This document shows positions 1-9,771 of a stretch of 64,000 nucleotides of DNA, piece after piece; positions within the stretch are counted from its first letter, which is position 1, and each line of letters opens with the position of its first letter. The DNA comes from Anaerolineales bacterium. GTDB taxonomy: Bacteria > Chloroflexota > Anaerolineae > Anaerolineales > JBHHUI01. Location: NCBI GenBank assembly GCA_965248775.1, contig OZ252150.1:4900027-4964026 (forward strand), written 5' to 3'. Both the position numbers and the translations under genes were made by a program. The notes below the pieces were generated by a model, which saw only the letters and a list, made by a program, of their open reading frames with translations, ran no database searches and was not told the origin of the DNA.

Positions 1-1
1 C

Positions 2-985
2 ACGCCGCGGGGCGGGCCACGTTGGAATACGTCCACTATTCGTGGTATTCTGCGATCTCCAACTTATACGGGCACGGCTTATAGTGGCCGTACTCGTCCG
101 ATCCCCGCCCGCCAGCGCAAATCCGCCCTGTTGCCTGTTGGTCGGGGTGAAAGCATCCAGCCTGCGCCACCGGAAGAATGGATCGCTATCACTGTGCCCG
201 CTATCATTGACCAGGAAACATTCGATGCTGCCCAGGCGCGCCTGCAGAATAACAAAGCTTTGACACGTCGCAATAACAAGCGCCACGATTACCTGCTGCG
301 GGGCCTGGTCAGTTGCGGACAATGTCGCTTGTCTTCCACTGGACGTACGTGCGGAAAGTACCAGTATTACAAATGCCGGGGACGAACTGATTCCTTGCGG
401 GCTGCCAAAGGCGAACGTTGTACCGCTCGCTATCACGACCCTGTCGGGCGCGACAAGGGTGTGCCCGCCCGGCAACTCGATGAACTCGTTTGGGGAGACC
501 TGTGTGCAGTCCTGGCCGACCCAACTTTGATTACCCACGAACTGGAACGCGCTCGGGCCGGAGAATGGTTGCCACAAGCCTTGCAAGCACACCGCAAGAC
601 CGTCCGGCAAGCCCTGGCGCGGCTGGAACGGCAACAAGAACGCCTGTTGGAAGTGTATTTGGCTGAAACCATTGCGCGAGATGAATTCGAGCGCAAGCAC
701 CAAGAGCTGAACCAGATGCGCGATGGCCTCACCCAGCAATTGAGGCAACTCAACCTGCAGGCCCAACGGCAAGTTGATTTGCTTGGGCTGGCGAAAAACA
801 TCGAGGCGTTTTGTCAGCGAATCCACCCGACGCTGGATAGTCTGGATTTCTCCCAGCGCAGGCAATTGGTGGAATTGCTCGTCGACCGCGTGATCGTCGA
901 TGACGACAAAGTGGAAATCCGTTATGTTATCCCAACCAGTCCCAGCGGTGAAAACTCGCGCTTTTGTCATTTGCGTACAGACTAT
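2..985 (+). CDS. Large serine recombinase, C-terminal portion (5' end outside the window; 3' end abuts an IS remnant with no native stop)
   Basis: The frame is open from the window edge. It reads ...STIRGILRSPTYTGTAYSGR..., then a zinc-ribbon motif CGQC...YYKCRGR...C, then a coiled-coil-like region and ...VEIRYVIPTSP. Recombinase-like sequence stops near 985, where antisense transposase coding begins. A 27-nt in-frame insert lies at about 433-459. Confidence 0.75.
432..460 (+). repeat. Copy 1 of a 29-bp exact repeat with a hairpin core (ACCCTGTCG GGC GCGACAAGGGT), inside the recombinase CDS
   Basis: atcacgaccctgtcgggcgcgacaagggt is identical to 1238-1266. It adds 9 codons (HDPVGRDKG) between RY and VPARQLDELV. 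Confidence 0.9.
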
Positions 986-1938
986 TTCAATCCACATTCT
1001 CCGGCGATAACAGCGCAAGACAAGCTGCGGGTCGGCCAGGTTGGTTGCCAACAACCAGGGTACCTTTTCGCTGGCGCGCCAGTAGGCCAGCAGGTTGGCG
1101 TGATAGGCATACTTGGCTGTCAGGCGACAATACGGCAACCAGGCGCGCTGTCGCGGTTTACTGACCAGGCTGTCGAGGCGTTGCGACTTGTGCATGCCTT
1201 TGGGCTTGACCAGATAGCGACCTTTCTGACGCAAAACATCACGACCCTGTCGGGCGCGACAAGGGTATCGCCAGCGCCACGCTTTGAGCTGTTTCTGGAG
1301 AGGAATCTCGCCAAATTCAGCGTCGCCGACAAGGGTGACCGGCGTCCGCGGCGGCAACAGACCGCGCACGTAGGACAACAGAGCGACCTGCTTTTTGGTC
1401 GTGGAGTGTCCCCGGGAGTGCTGTACCCAGGTCCATGCCAGCGGGATTGTGCGACGCCGATAGGCAACCGCCACCATCAGCAACTGATGTCCGAAACCTA
1501 CCTTGCTCCCATCTACCACCAGATGCACCATACCGCCCGCCAAGCGATCCAGTATCCCGCGCGCAATTGGTCTGCACAGTCCAGCCCAGTACCGAACGAA
1601 CTGGGTCGGTATGTGGACTGCACTGGGTACCATGTGCGCACCTGGATCGCTGGATTATCCACCTCGCCCCGGCCGCGAGACGGGGGCAAGCGGCTCAACC
1701 GTCGCGCCCGGCTCGGCAAACAACTCAACCCTGGCATCTTCGCAGCAACTTTGCTCAGGTGCACCGCCTGTGCCGAATAAAGGCCTACCAGCAACCAGGT
1801 GAAATTCCGCAATCTGGTCACTCGCTCGCCGGGGTAAAGTTTGTCAAGTTTCCTCATCCAGATGTGATAAAGTTTCCATTGCGGCAGGGCGTCGCTCTCG
1901 GTAGTTGGTTTCGCAATCGCTACTTTAGCAGACGTCAT
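986..1938 (-). pseudogene. DDE transposase remnant (IS4/IS701-like superfamily), frameshifted and C-terminally truncated
   Basis: The N-terminal ORF 1513-1938 reads ...RLRNFTWLLVGLYSAQAVHLSKVAAKMPG...RARRLSRL...NPAIQVRTWY. It continues in another frame as RPIARGILDRLAGGMVHLVVDGSKVGFGHQLLMVAVAYRRRTIPLAWTWV...GDAEFGEIPLQ...LATNLADPQLVLRCYRRRMWIE and then breaks off at about 986. Confidence 0.65.
1238..1266 (+). repeat. Copy 2 of the 29-bp exact repeat, inside the transposase remnant (antisense to it)
   Basis: Identical to 432-460. On the minus strand it adds PCRARQGRD between WRWRY and VLRQKG. Confidence 0.9.
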
Positions 1939-1981
1939 GCCGCTTTCCTTAAACTGTCAGGTAGCTAGTAAAGCGAATGAG

Positions 1982-3583
1982 TTAATTCGCGATCAACTGA
2001 AGGTTGCGTACCTGGAAGTCGTCTCTATCGCCGACGAAATCAGGTTGGATTTCCACCTCCGCAGCGCAGATGGCGAGGATGTTATCGCCCGCTGCTAACC
2101 CTTCGATCGGGAGTTCGACGGTCCTGGGCGTAGTCCACTCGTTTGGCGCGGCCACACCTTGTGGTGGCAAGATAGCATCTTCGTGACCGTTAATGTAGAT
2201 GGTGTTGCGAGCCTCCGCGCCGAAGGTCTCCAGCGACAGGGTCAGGGCCGTCACGGGCAGCGCCGCCTGGAAGGTAACATCGAGACACTCGCCGTAGAGC
2301 GGATGCCAGTCTGCCAAATTCTCGTCGCCGATGTGATAGATATCGGGCAGCGCGAATAACACACTTGGGGCGGGGGTGGCCGTCGGAATGTTAGGTGTGC
2401 TGCTGGGAACTTGCGTTGGCGGCGCAGTTGTCGATATGGAGACCGCGGCGGCTACAGGTTCGGTCACCAACACTACTGCTACGGTCGGCGTCGCCGGCTC
2501 GGCAACATTGGTGCGACCGATAGCCAGCACCACGAGAGCAGCCACTGCGCCAACGGCCAGAACGATCGCCAGGCCGGCGGCCGGTATAAGCCACCATAGG
2601 TAGCTCCGGCGTGCGGGTGGGCGCCGCGCCCGGACCGCAGCTGCCTCGGGCGGTGCCGCGCTCGCAGGCGGTGGCGAGCGTTCTGCAGTGGGTTCGAGTG
2701 CAGCGGGCGGTGGCTCGATAACGGTTTTGCCGGCTTCTGAGCCACGTTCTGGGATTGCGAGCTGCAATGCCTGCACCATGTCCGCCGCATTCGCATAGCG
2801 TTCGTCCGCATGCTTTGCGAGCGCCCGTAATATCACACGCTCGACTGCTTCTGGGACGTCGGGGTTGGAGGCACGCGGCAGTGGCAGAGGGTCGTCGATG
2901 TGTTTAAAAAGCACTGCAATCGGCGTCTCAGCGTCATAAGGCACCCTCCCAACCGCAATCTCGTACAGCAGCACACCAAGCGAATAGATGTCGCTGCGCC
3001 CGTCGATCTCACTTTCGCCGCGGCCTTGTTCAGGAGACATGTAGGCGGGCGTGCCGATCACACCGCCGGTCTGGGTGAACTTGCTGGTAGCGGCGACGAT
3101 CTTAGCAATGCCAAAGTCGGTTAGCTGGCAATTGCCCCGTGCGTCAACGAGTACATTGCTCGGTTTGATATCGCGGTGGACCACGCCACGGGAGTGGGCG
3201 TAATCGAGGGCCTCCCCGATTTGGGAAACGATGCGCCGAATCTGCGGCAGCGCTAGCGGCCGACCCTGCATTAGATCGGCCAACGTGCCGCTCTCGACAA
3301 ACGGCATTACGAGATAGGTGTAACCGTCCGCCTCTCCGAAGTCAAATACAGGCAGAATATGCGGATGTTGGAGTTGGGCGATGACTTTGGCTTCCTGGTC
3401 AAAGCGTCCGATAAACTCAGGGCCCGACTTCGGATCGGTCGCGAATTGCCGCGGAAGAATCTTGAGAGCGACATGCCGGTCCATGGCCGGCTGATAGGCT
3501 TTGTATACCGAGGCCATGCCGCCTGCGCCGAGGGCCCCCGCGATCTGGTATTGGCCGAGCTGCTTGCCGATCAGGTCTTCCAT
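1982..3583 (-). CDS. Hanks-type Ser/Thr protein kinase with one TM helix and an extracytoplasmic C-terminal domain
   Basis: GAGGMASVYKA...VALK, HRDIKPSNVLV, DFGIAK and GTPAYMSPE motifs. These are followed by a Pro/Ala-rich linker, a hydrophobic segment (WWLIPAAGLAIVLAVGAVAALVVLAI) and a roughly 170-aa C-terminal domain. Confidence 0.95.
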   Translation of the reverse strand: MEDLIGKQLGQYQIAGALGAGGMASVYKAYQPAMDRHVALKILPRQFATDPKSGPEFIGRFDQEAKVIAQLQHPHILPVFDFGEADGYTYLVMPFVESGTLADLMQGRPLALPQIRRIVSQIGEALDYAHSRGVVHRDIKPSNVLVDARGNCQLTDFGIAKIVAATSKFTQTGGVIGTPAYMSPEQGRGESEIDGRSDIYSLGVLLYEIAVGRVPYDAETPIAVLFKHIDDPLPLPRASNPDVPEAVERVILRALAKHADERYANAADMVQALQLAIPERGSEAGKTVIEPPPAALEPTAERSPPPASAAPPEAAAVRARRPPARRSYLWWLIPAAGLAIVLAVGAVAALVVLAIGRTNVAEPATPTVAVVLVTEPVAAAVSISTTAPPTQVPSSTPNIPTATPAPSVLFALPDIYHIGDENLADWHPLYGECLDVTFQAALPVTALTLSLETFGAEARNTIYINGHEDAILPPQGVAAPNEWTTPRTVELPIEGLAAGDNILAICAAEVEIQPDFVGDRDDFQVRNLQLIAN

Positions 3584-3647
3584 AGCATGTCAGTTAACGA
3601 GTGGAGCTAGAGATTCCGGTCATTGGGAGTCAAGCTCCAGACCGTGC

Positions 3648-3833
3648 TCAGGACCAGGGTGCGTTGAGGATGAACGCGTTGGCCACGATCGCAGACGCGA
3701 TGATGCACCCGAGCGCCACAACAGCGCTGGCGATGATGGCTGCAATCATGACGGCGCTGCCACGCCGCGCTAAGTTGCTGCCGCCTGGCGGCGCGAGCTG
3801 AGCTTGTTCAGATTCTGATTCTTTATCGGTCAT
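3648..3833 (-). CDS. Small hypothetical membrane protein (61 aa) upstream of the kinase
   Basis: Acidic N-terminus followed by one long hydrophobic helix (VMIAAIIASAVVALGCIIASAIVANAFIL). It lies on the same strand as the kinase, 64 nt upstream, with a weak GAAAGG RBS. No family was recognised. Confidence 0.35.
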   Translation of the reverse strand: MTDKESESEQAQLAPPGGSNLARRGSAVMIAAIIASAVVALGCIIASAIVANAFILNAPWS

Positions 3834-4554
3834 TGGGAAAGCCTTTCTATGGGTTCATAGGTCGCAGAAGGGTACGGACCTTGGAGTGATAGACGAATCT
3901 ACACCTGTTTACGAAGGACGGAAAGGTTAAAAATCCGATCGTGTTAAGGTCAATGGCGTATCTGCAGTGCCATAGGGCGGACGGAATACGATATGGGTGA
4001 AGTGTGGAAGTCGCGTCATGTTTCACGCCATGCTCGTTTCCGGCAAGCTGAGTAGAGGCACGCTGAAAGTTTACAGTGGTTCAGTAAATTCTAATTAGAA
4101 AGAGATCTTCCGCCTGTCATCGGAAATCACAGATTAAATCTTGCAGTGCAGCACTCATCCGATAGATTTTTCATTCACTAAGAAATACTTAGGCCAACAC
4201 GGAGCAAAGTAGCTAACCTAGCGCTGCGGCAGCAGTTCGCAGAGCGAGGATTTCGCGCTGCGCTCATGCGGGGCGAGTACATTGCCTCCGAGCGCACGTA
4301 TAGTGATATGATGGCTGTAGTGATGGACTCAAAATCCAGGCAAGATAAATCAACCGCGTTCATCCACCTCGACTTACCTTCGAAAACTTTTAAAGAAGTT
4401 GGTGTTTCTGCTGCAGCATATATTTGCGCTAATCAGCGTTCTGATCCTCCGACCGTCGCGGCCGGGATCTTCTTCGCGCTGCGGCGGTCGTTGATGTGGC
4501 GTCATCCAGGGCAAATGATGAGCAGTGCTAAAGCGGAGACCACAGGGGGCTGAC

Positions 4555-7500
4555 ATGATCTGGAATTCTATTCCTCTAATGACTGCTATCGACATTCTCA
4601 TCATTCTGGTGGTCATCTATCTGGTTGCGAATTTGTTTAAGCATTACGAGGCGACAAAGCAACTCGGTCTGACCGTGGGCATGTATTTCATCATGTTTGG
4701 CCTCGTGGTGATGGCCGTATTTTATGCTACTGATCTGGCAGTCATGAACATCTTTACATTAAGCGGGTCACGATCCGAATCAATGGCAGTCATGACGAAC
4801 TTACATCTGAACTGGAGCTGGCTCGAAGCCCTGGTCGTAATCGGAATGATTGCTATTGGCCTCTCATACCTCCTTCGATCGCTGATTCCCTCGGCGATGC
4901 GCGACTTACAGGCATTGACGCTGAACCTGCAGCAGGCCGAAGAGAAATACCGTGAGCTCTTTGAGAACGCCGGCGATGGCATATTCCGACTGACACCGGA
5001 TGGCCTAAGACTCAGCCTCGCGAACCCTGCCATGGTGGGCATTCTTGGTTACGAGTCAGCCGATGACCTACTGGACGGCGTGAACGATATTGGTCATCAA
5101 ATATACGTTGATCCAGACCGTCACAAGCGGCGAATGGAATTGCTGCTCGAACCCGGCGCTGTGAATGGATTCGAATCTCAGGTGCATCGTAAAAACGGCG
5201 GCGTCAGAGTGCTTACCGAGAGTACGCGCGCGATTCGCGATGCTGAGAAGAAGCTTCAAGGCTTCGAAGGCATTGTGAAAGACATCACCGAACGTAAGCG
5301 GCGCGAGGAGGCCTTGCGGGAAAGCGAAGAACGCTTTAGGCAACTTGCAGAGGTGATTGATGATGTATTCGTCATAGCTGACTTGAAGAACAGCTCCCTC
5401 CTTTATGCCAGCCCGAATTATGAGAAGCTCGCGGGACGACCTGTGCAAGATCTCTACGAAAAGTTCGGGATTTGGGATGAGAGTGCTCACCCCGAAGATC
5501 TTCTGAATACCAGGGAAGCTTGGGCGCGAATGATAGAGCAGGGAAGCCCCTACGATGAAGAATACCGGATGATACGCCCGGACGGCTCCCTGATCTGGGT
5601 TCGGGATCGAGGCTACCCGGTCCGCGATGAGAGTGGGCAAATCTATCGCGCCGCGGGCATTGTCCAAGACATCACCGCGCGCAAGCAGCAAGAAGAAGAG
5701 CTGCACAAAACCCAGGCTCTCTATCGCCAGGCGGAACAAATGGGCCAATTGGGTCACTGGGAATGGGACAACTTGAATGACAAGCTGATTTCCTGCTCAG
5801 AGCAATTCGCGCAGATTTATGAGATGAGCGTGGATGAAGCGTTGGATTATTTCTCCAACATGGAGCCTGAATTCGGCGTAATTCATCCGGATGACCGCGA
5901 ACGCTACCGGCAACACAGAGATAATGCTGCTCAACAACGGGATGGGTTGGATATCGAATTCAGGATCATTACCCGCTCAGATGCCGTACGCTATATTTAT
6001 CTACAGGGTGATTTTGTGCTGGATGATCAAGATAGACTCATTAAATCTTTTGGGACGGTGCAGGACATCAGCGAACGCAGACAGGCGGAGGAAAAGATTG
6101 CCTTCCAGGCATCATTGCTCGAACAAGTTCATAATGCCGTTATCACCATTGATTTTGAGAATAAGATCCTATCTTGGAATAATCATGCAGAGGTGCTTTA
6201 TCAGTGGAAAAGCGAGGAAGCGATCGGTAAAGATATCATTGAACTATTGTCTCCCGAAGAACTGAAAAGCACTGTAGAAGAGAATTTTTCAGATCTGAAT
6301 AGAGACGGGCACTCGGAAGGGGAATTCAATGTTCTCAGAAAAGATGGCACTACGATTCCCGCCCATATCATCAATACATATTTGAAAGATCCGAATGAAA
6401 ATAACATTGGCTTTATTGGTATCAGTAATGACATCACTGCGAGCAAGCAAGCGCAGGATGCTCTGGCCCGTCACAACAGAGCGATGGAAGCGCTCTACCA
6501 GACCTCCTTGGAGATCAACGCTCAATCGGATCTCACGACCCTATTCCAATCGATCGTACAACGCGCAATGAGCTTATTACAAACGCCCCAGGGCGCCCTT
6601 TCCCTACTGCAGCCGGATGGTCGCACAGTAAAACGAGTAGCCCTCCAAAGTTATGATTCGCCCTCAGGTTTCACCGAGATTGCTCTCGGGGAGGGGTTGG
6701 CAGGCCGCGTAGTCCAGTCTGGCGAACCGCAGATGATCGGCGATTATGGCAGCTGGATAGGTCGATTGCCCGACTCGAGTTTTAAAGGTCGGACTCTTGG
6801 GGTTCCGCTCAAACGGGAGGAGCATGTCATCGGCGTGCTTCTAGTGGGCAACGCGGATGAGCTCGGCAAGTTTGACGAGGCAGAAGTCCAGCTGCTCAGT
6901 ATGTTTGCGAACCAGGCTGCGGGTGCCATTGAGAACGTGCGCTTGTTTGAAGCCGAACAAAAACAACACGCCCTGGCAGAAGTGCTGCGCGAGACGGCCG
7001 AGAAGCTCAGCCAATCCCTCAACCTGAACGTGGTGCTGGACTGCATCCTGGCCAACATGCATCGTATCATCCCGCACGAGGTCTCTGCTATCGCGTTAAT
7101 TAAAGCCGACGGTAGCTTGGAAGTGGCGCGCCACCGCGGTTTCGAAGAGCGCGGCCTGGCAGATTGGATGTCGCAGCGGCGATTTATGGTGGCCGAATTC
7201 CCGACTGATCGAGAACTCGCACAAAGGGAGACGTCGCTGATCATCTCCGATACGCGCAATTCCGATCTCTGGGTCGTAGTTCCGCAGATGGACTGGGTCA
7301 GATCATTTATGGCAATGCCCATTCGGGTGCGGGACGAACATGTCGGAAACATCAGTCTCATCAGCAGTGTGCCGTTTCACTTTCTCCCCGAGCATAGCCT
7401 GCCGTTGCAGGCGTTTGCCAATCAGGCGGCCGTGGCGATCGAGAACGTTCGCTTATTCGAAGGACTGCGGGAGAGCGAAGCGCGCTACCGTGCGATTGTT

Positions 7501-8463
7501 GAGGACCAGACTGAGTTTATCGTACGCTCGTTACCGGACGGGACGCGGTCTTTTGTCAACGAGGCGTATTCGCGCTACCTGGGGCAGCCAGCCGAGGCAT
7601 TGACTGGCCTAAATATTCACGACCAGGCAACAAATATGGAACGCCAGGATTTTGAAAACATACTTGCATTGCTAAAGCCAGTGAATCCGGCTGTGACCAA
7701 GGAATATCAGGTCTTGCTATCCAATGGAAACGAAGCCTGGATTCAATGGACTGATCGCGCCATTTTTGATGGAGACGACGAGCTGGTCGAAATACAATCT
7801 GTGGGGCTAGATATTTCTGTGCAGAAGCAAGCGCAACGGGCCGAGCACGCCGCAATTACGGCAGAGCGGAAGCGCTTAGCGCACGAGTTGCACGATGCAG
7901 TTACCCAGTCTTTGTATAGCCTGTTGTTTCTTGCAAAAGCAGCCGGGAACTTTGCCGCGTCCGGCAAGTGGGACCAGGCTCGAGACAATCTGGTGGCGGT
8001 GCAGGAATCTGCGCAAAAAGTACTCAAAGAAATGCGTTTGCTGGTTTATGAGTTGTTGCCCGCTTCGCTGCAGGAGCGCGGCCTGGTCGATGTTTTGGAA
8101 CACAGGCTCGGAGCTGTGGAGCAGCGTTCAGGCATGGAAACGCACTTCAACGCAGAAGGGAATATCGAATTGCCCACCGTGTTGCAATTTGGCATCTACC
8201 GCATCGCGCAGGAGGCGCTGAACAATGTGTTGAAACACGCGTCGGCAAGCGATGTAAACGTACATTTGTCGCGAGACGGCGAGCGGATAGAAATGAAGAT
8301 TGAGGACAACGGAATAGGCTTTGACCTGAATGATTCCAGCGCTGGCATCGGATTGCAGAGCATGCGCGAGCGCGCCGAAGCTATGGGAGGTGTGCTGCGC
8401 ATAACTTCCAAAATGGGAGCAGGCACAAGCGTGCGACTTGTAATCGAGGAGCTGGCAGCATGA
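4555..8463 (+). CDS. Multi-domain sensor histidine kinase (TM region, multiple PAS/PAC, 2 GAF, PAS, HisKA_3, HATPase_c), paralog 1
   Basis: N-terminal TM helices, repeated PAS/PAC-type blocks (..ITERKRREEAL.., ..ITARKQQEEEL.., ..ISERRQAEEKI..) and GAF-like segments. HisKA_3 H-box RLAHELHDAVTQSLYSL, plus HATPase N/G boxes (EALNNVLKHA, DNGIGF, GIGLQSMRERA). The ATG at 4555 is preferred over the GTG at 4525 because AGGGGG lies 6 nt upstream. Confidence 0.9.
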   Translation: MIWNSIPLMTAIDILIILVVIYLVANLFKHYEATKQLGLTVGMYFIMFGLVVMAVFYATDLAVMNIFTLSGSRSESMAVMTNLHLNWSWLEALVVIGMIAIGLSYLLRSLIPSAMRDLQALTLNLQQAEEKYRELFENAGDGIFRLTPDGLRLSLANPAMVGILGYESADDLLDGVNDIGHQIYVDPDRHKRRMELLLEPGAVNGFESQVHRKNGGVRVLTESTRAIRDAEKKLQGFEGIVKDITERKRREEALRESEERFRQLAEVIDDVFVIADLKNSSLLYASPNYEKLAGRPVQDLYEKFGIWDESAHPEDLLNTREAWARMIEQGSPYDEEYRMIRPDGSLIWVRDRGYPVRDESGQIYRAAGIVQDITARKQQEEELHKTQALYRQAEQMGQLGHWEWDNLNDKLISCSEQFAQIYEMSVDEALDYFSNMEPEFGVIHPDDRERYRQHRDNAAQQRDGLDIEFRIITRSDAVRYIYLQGDFVLDDQDRLIKSFGTVQDISERRQAEEKIAFQASLLEQVHNAVITIDFENKILSWNNHAEVLYQWKSEEAIGKDIIELLSPEELKSTVEENFSDLNRDGHSEGEFNVLRKDGTTIPAHIINTYLKDPNENNIGFIGISNDITASKQAQDALARHNRAMEALYQTSLEINAQSDLTTLFQSIVQRAMSLLQTPQGALSLLQPDGRTVKRVALQSYDSPSGFTEIALGEGLAGRVVQSGEPQMIGDYGSWIGRLPDSSFKGRTLGVPLKREEHVIGVLLVGNADELGKFDEAEVQLLSMFANQAAGAIENVRLFEAEQKQHALAEVLRETAEKLSQSLNLNVVLDCILANMHRIIPHEVSAIALIKADGSLEVARHRGFEERGLADWMSQRRFMVAEFPTDRELAQRETSLIISDTRNSDLWVVVPQMDWVRSFMAMPIRVRDEHVGNISLISSVPFHFLPEHSLPLQAFANQAAVAIENVRLFEGLRESEARYRAIVEDQTEFIVRSLPDGTRSFVNEAYSRYLGQPAEALTGLNIHDQATNMERQDFENILALLKPVNPAVTKEYQVLLSNGNEAWIQWTDRAIFDGDDELVEIQSVGLDISVQKQAQRAEHAAITAERKRLAHELHDAVTQSLYSLLFLAKAAGNFAASGKWDQARDNLVAVQESAQKVLKEMRLLVYELLPASLQERGLVDVLEHRLGAVEQRSGMETHFNAEGNIELPTVLQFGIYRIAQEALNNVLKHASASDVNVHLSRDGERIEMKIEDNGIGFDLNDSSAGIGLQSMRERAEAMGGVLRITSKMGAGTSVRLVIEELAA

Positions 8464-9107
8464 CAGAGAAAATAAAACTGTTGGTGATAGACGACCATGC
8501 AGTCGTGCGCACGGGCATCTCAGCCTGGGTGGCATCCGAACCCGATTTGGCGCTGGTCGGAGAAGCAGCCGATGGGGAGCAGGGCGTTGCCAGAGCGTTT
8601 GAACTCAAGCTGGATGTGATTCTGATGGACCTGATCATGCCCAAGAAAGACGGCATCGAGGCTATCCGGGAGATCGTGCGAGAAAATGCTGAGGCGCGCA
8701 TATTGATGATGACCAGTTTTTCCGAACAGGCCAGGTCCGTCGAAGCGATCCGGGCCGGAGCCATGGGCTTCATTCTGAAGGACACCTCACCCGAAGAAAT
8801 GCTGCGAGCGATCCGAGACGTGCATATGGGTAAACCGTGGCTATCTGCAGAGATCACGCGCGCGCTGATGCACGCAGGGCGGTTGGATGGAGAGGCCGCT
8901 CCTGAAAGCAAGCAGCTGACGAAACGAGAAGTCGAGGTGCTGAAACTCATCGCGCAGGGCATGTCAGATGCAGATATCGAAAGTGAACTCACGATCAGCA
9001 AAGCAACTGTACGCTTTCATGTGACGAACATTCTGGCCAAGTTACACTTAGAGAATCGTATGCAGGCCGCCTTATATGCCATCCGGCAAAGATACGTGAC
9101 TGTGTAG
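8460..9107 (+). CDS. NarL/LuxR-family response regulator (REC + LuxR HTH), paralog 1
   Basis: LLVIDDH...VILMDLIMPKKDG...KD receiver motifs. C-terminal LTKREVEVLKLIAQGMSDADIESELTISKATVRFHVTNILAKL. The start overlaps the kinase stop (ATGA). Confidence 0.95.
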   Translation: MTEKIKLLVIDDHAVVRTGISAWVASEPDLALVGEAADGEQGVARAFELKLDVILMDLIMPKKDGIEAIREIVRENAEARILMMTSFSEQARSVEAIRAGAMGFILKDTSPEEMLRAIRDVHMGKPWLSAEITRALMHAGRLDGEAAPESKQLTKREVEVLKLIAQGMSDADIESELTISKATVRFHVTNILAKLHLENRMQAALYAIRQRYVTV

Positions 9108-9140
9108 TGCAGCTGTAGCTCAAAGAGTTCATCTCGACAA

Positions 9141-9165
9141 GACGGTCTGCGCAGACCGTCTTTTT
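9141..9165 (+). terminator. Intrinsic terminator after response regulator 1
   Basis: gacggtc-tgcgca-gaccgtc followed by ttttt. Confidence 0.75.
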
Positions 9166-9324
9166 GATCATCGAGAAGCGCTGCAACATTCGTCGCGAAC
9201 CTGTCGTTTTCGTTGGGTGCTGCTCTGCGATTTAACCAGGAATTGATAGTTCGAAAAGACTGACATTATCGGTTAAGCAAGACTAGCGCTATGAGGGAAG
9301 AAGCCTTTCACATAATCCGATAGT

Positions 9325-9771
9325 ATGAGCGTGAATGAGGAATTGGAAGCAGTTATAAGCTGCGGAGATGAGATGAGCCAAGTTTTGATAGTAGAAGATA
9401 TGCCCGCCGACCAGGTGATCATGGCCAAGGCGCTGACCAAGGTTGGCGGTTACGAAGTGACGGCGACGGAAGATGTAGAGCAGGTATTGGCACTGACGCA
9501 TGCGGGCCGGGTGGCGCTGGTGGTGATGGACATAAACCTGAAAAACAGTTTCTATCAAGGGCGCGGCGTGGACGGCCTTGAGATTACCGGCATGCTGAAG
9601 AGCGACTCGATAACGCGTGACATTCCGGTCTTGCTCACATCAGCGCATGCCATTAACGGCGACGGGGCGAGGCTGTGCGCGCAATCTGGCGCTGATGGAT
9701 ATATCGGCAAACCGTTTGAATTTCACGCATTTGTAAACCGTGTACAACAGCTGATCGCTGAAGGCACGTAG
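9325..9771 (+). CDS. Single-domain CheY-like response regulator, paralog 1
   Basis: VLIVEDMPAD..., LVVMDINL...VDGLEI, LLTSAHA and GYIGKPF receiver signature, with an extended beta3-alpha3 loop. The true start may be the internal ATG at 9373 (MSQVLIVED), which is preceded by GGAGA. Confidence 0.85.
   Translation: MSVNEELEAVISCGDEMSQVLIVEDMPADQVIMAKALTKVGGYEVTATEDVEQVLALTHAGRVALVVMDINLKNSFYQGRGVDGLEITGMLKSDSITRDIPVLLTSAHAINGDGARLCAQSGADGYIGKPFEFHAFVNRVQQLIAEGT

Noticed and set aside
986-1780. The distal two-thirds of the 549-aa ORF 131-1780.
   Set aside because: It has no recombinase-like sequence. It is the stop-free antisense of a recognisable transposase remnant on the minus strand.
4266-4553. 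A 95-aa ORF immediately upstream of kinase 1.
   Set aside because: It has no RBS and no recognisable motifs. It lies in an AT-richer intergenic region, and it ends inside the RBS/start region of the kinase.
5068-9001. Several 200-230-aa minus-strand ORFs inside kinase 1 and regulator 1. Their counterparts at 16059-17857 lie inside kinase 2 and regulator 2.
   Set aside because: They are antisense shadows of strongly supported signalling genes.
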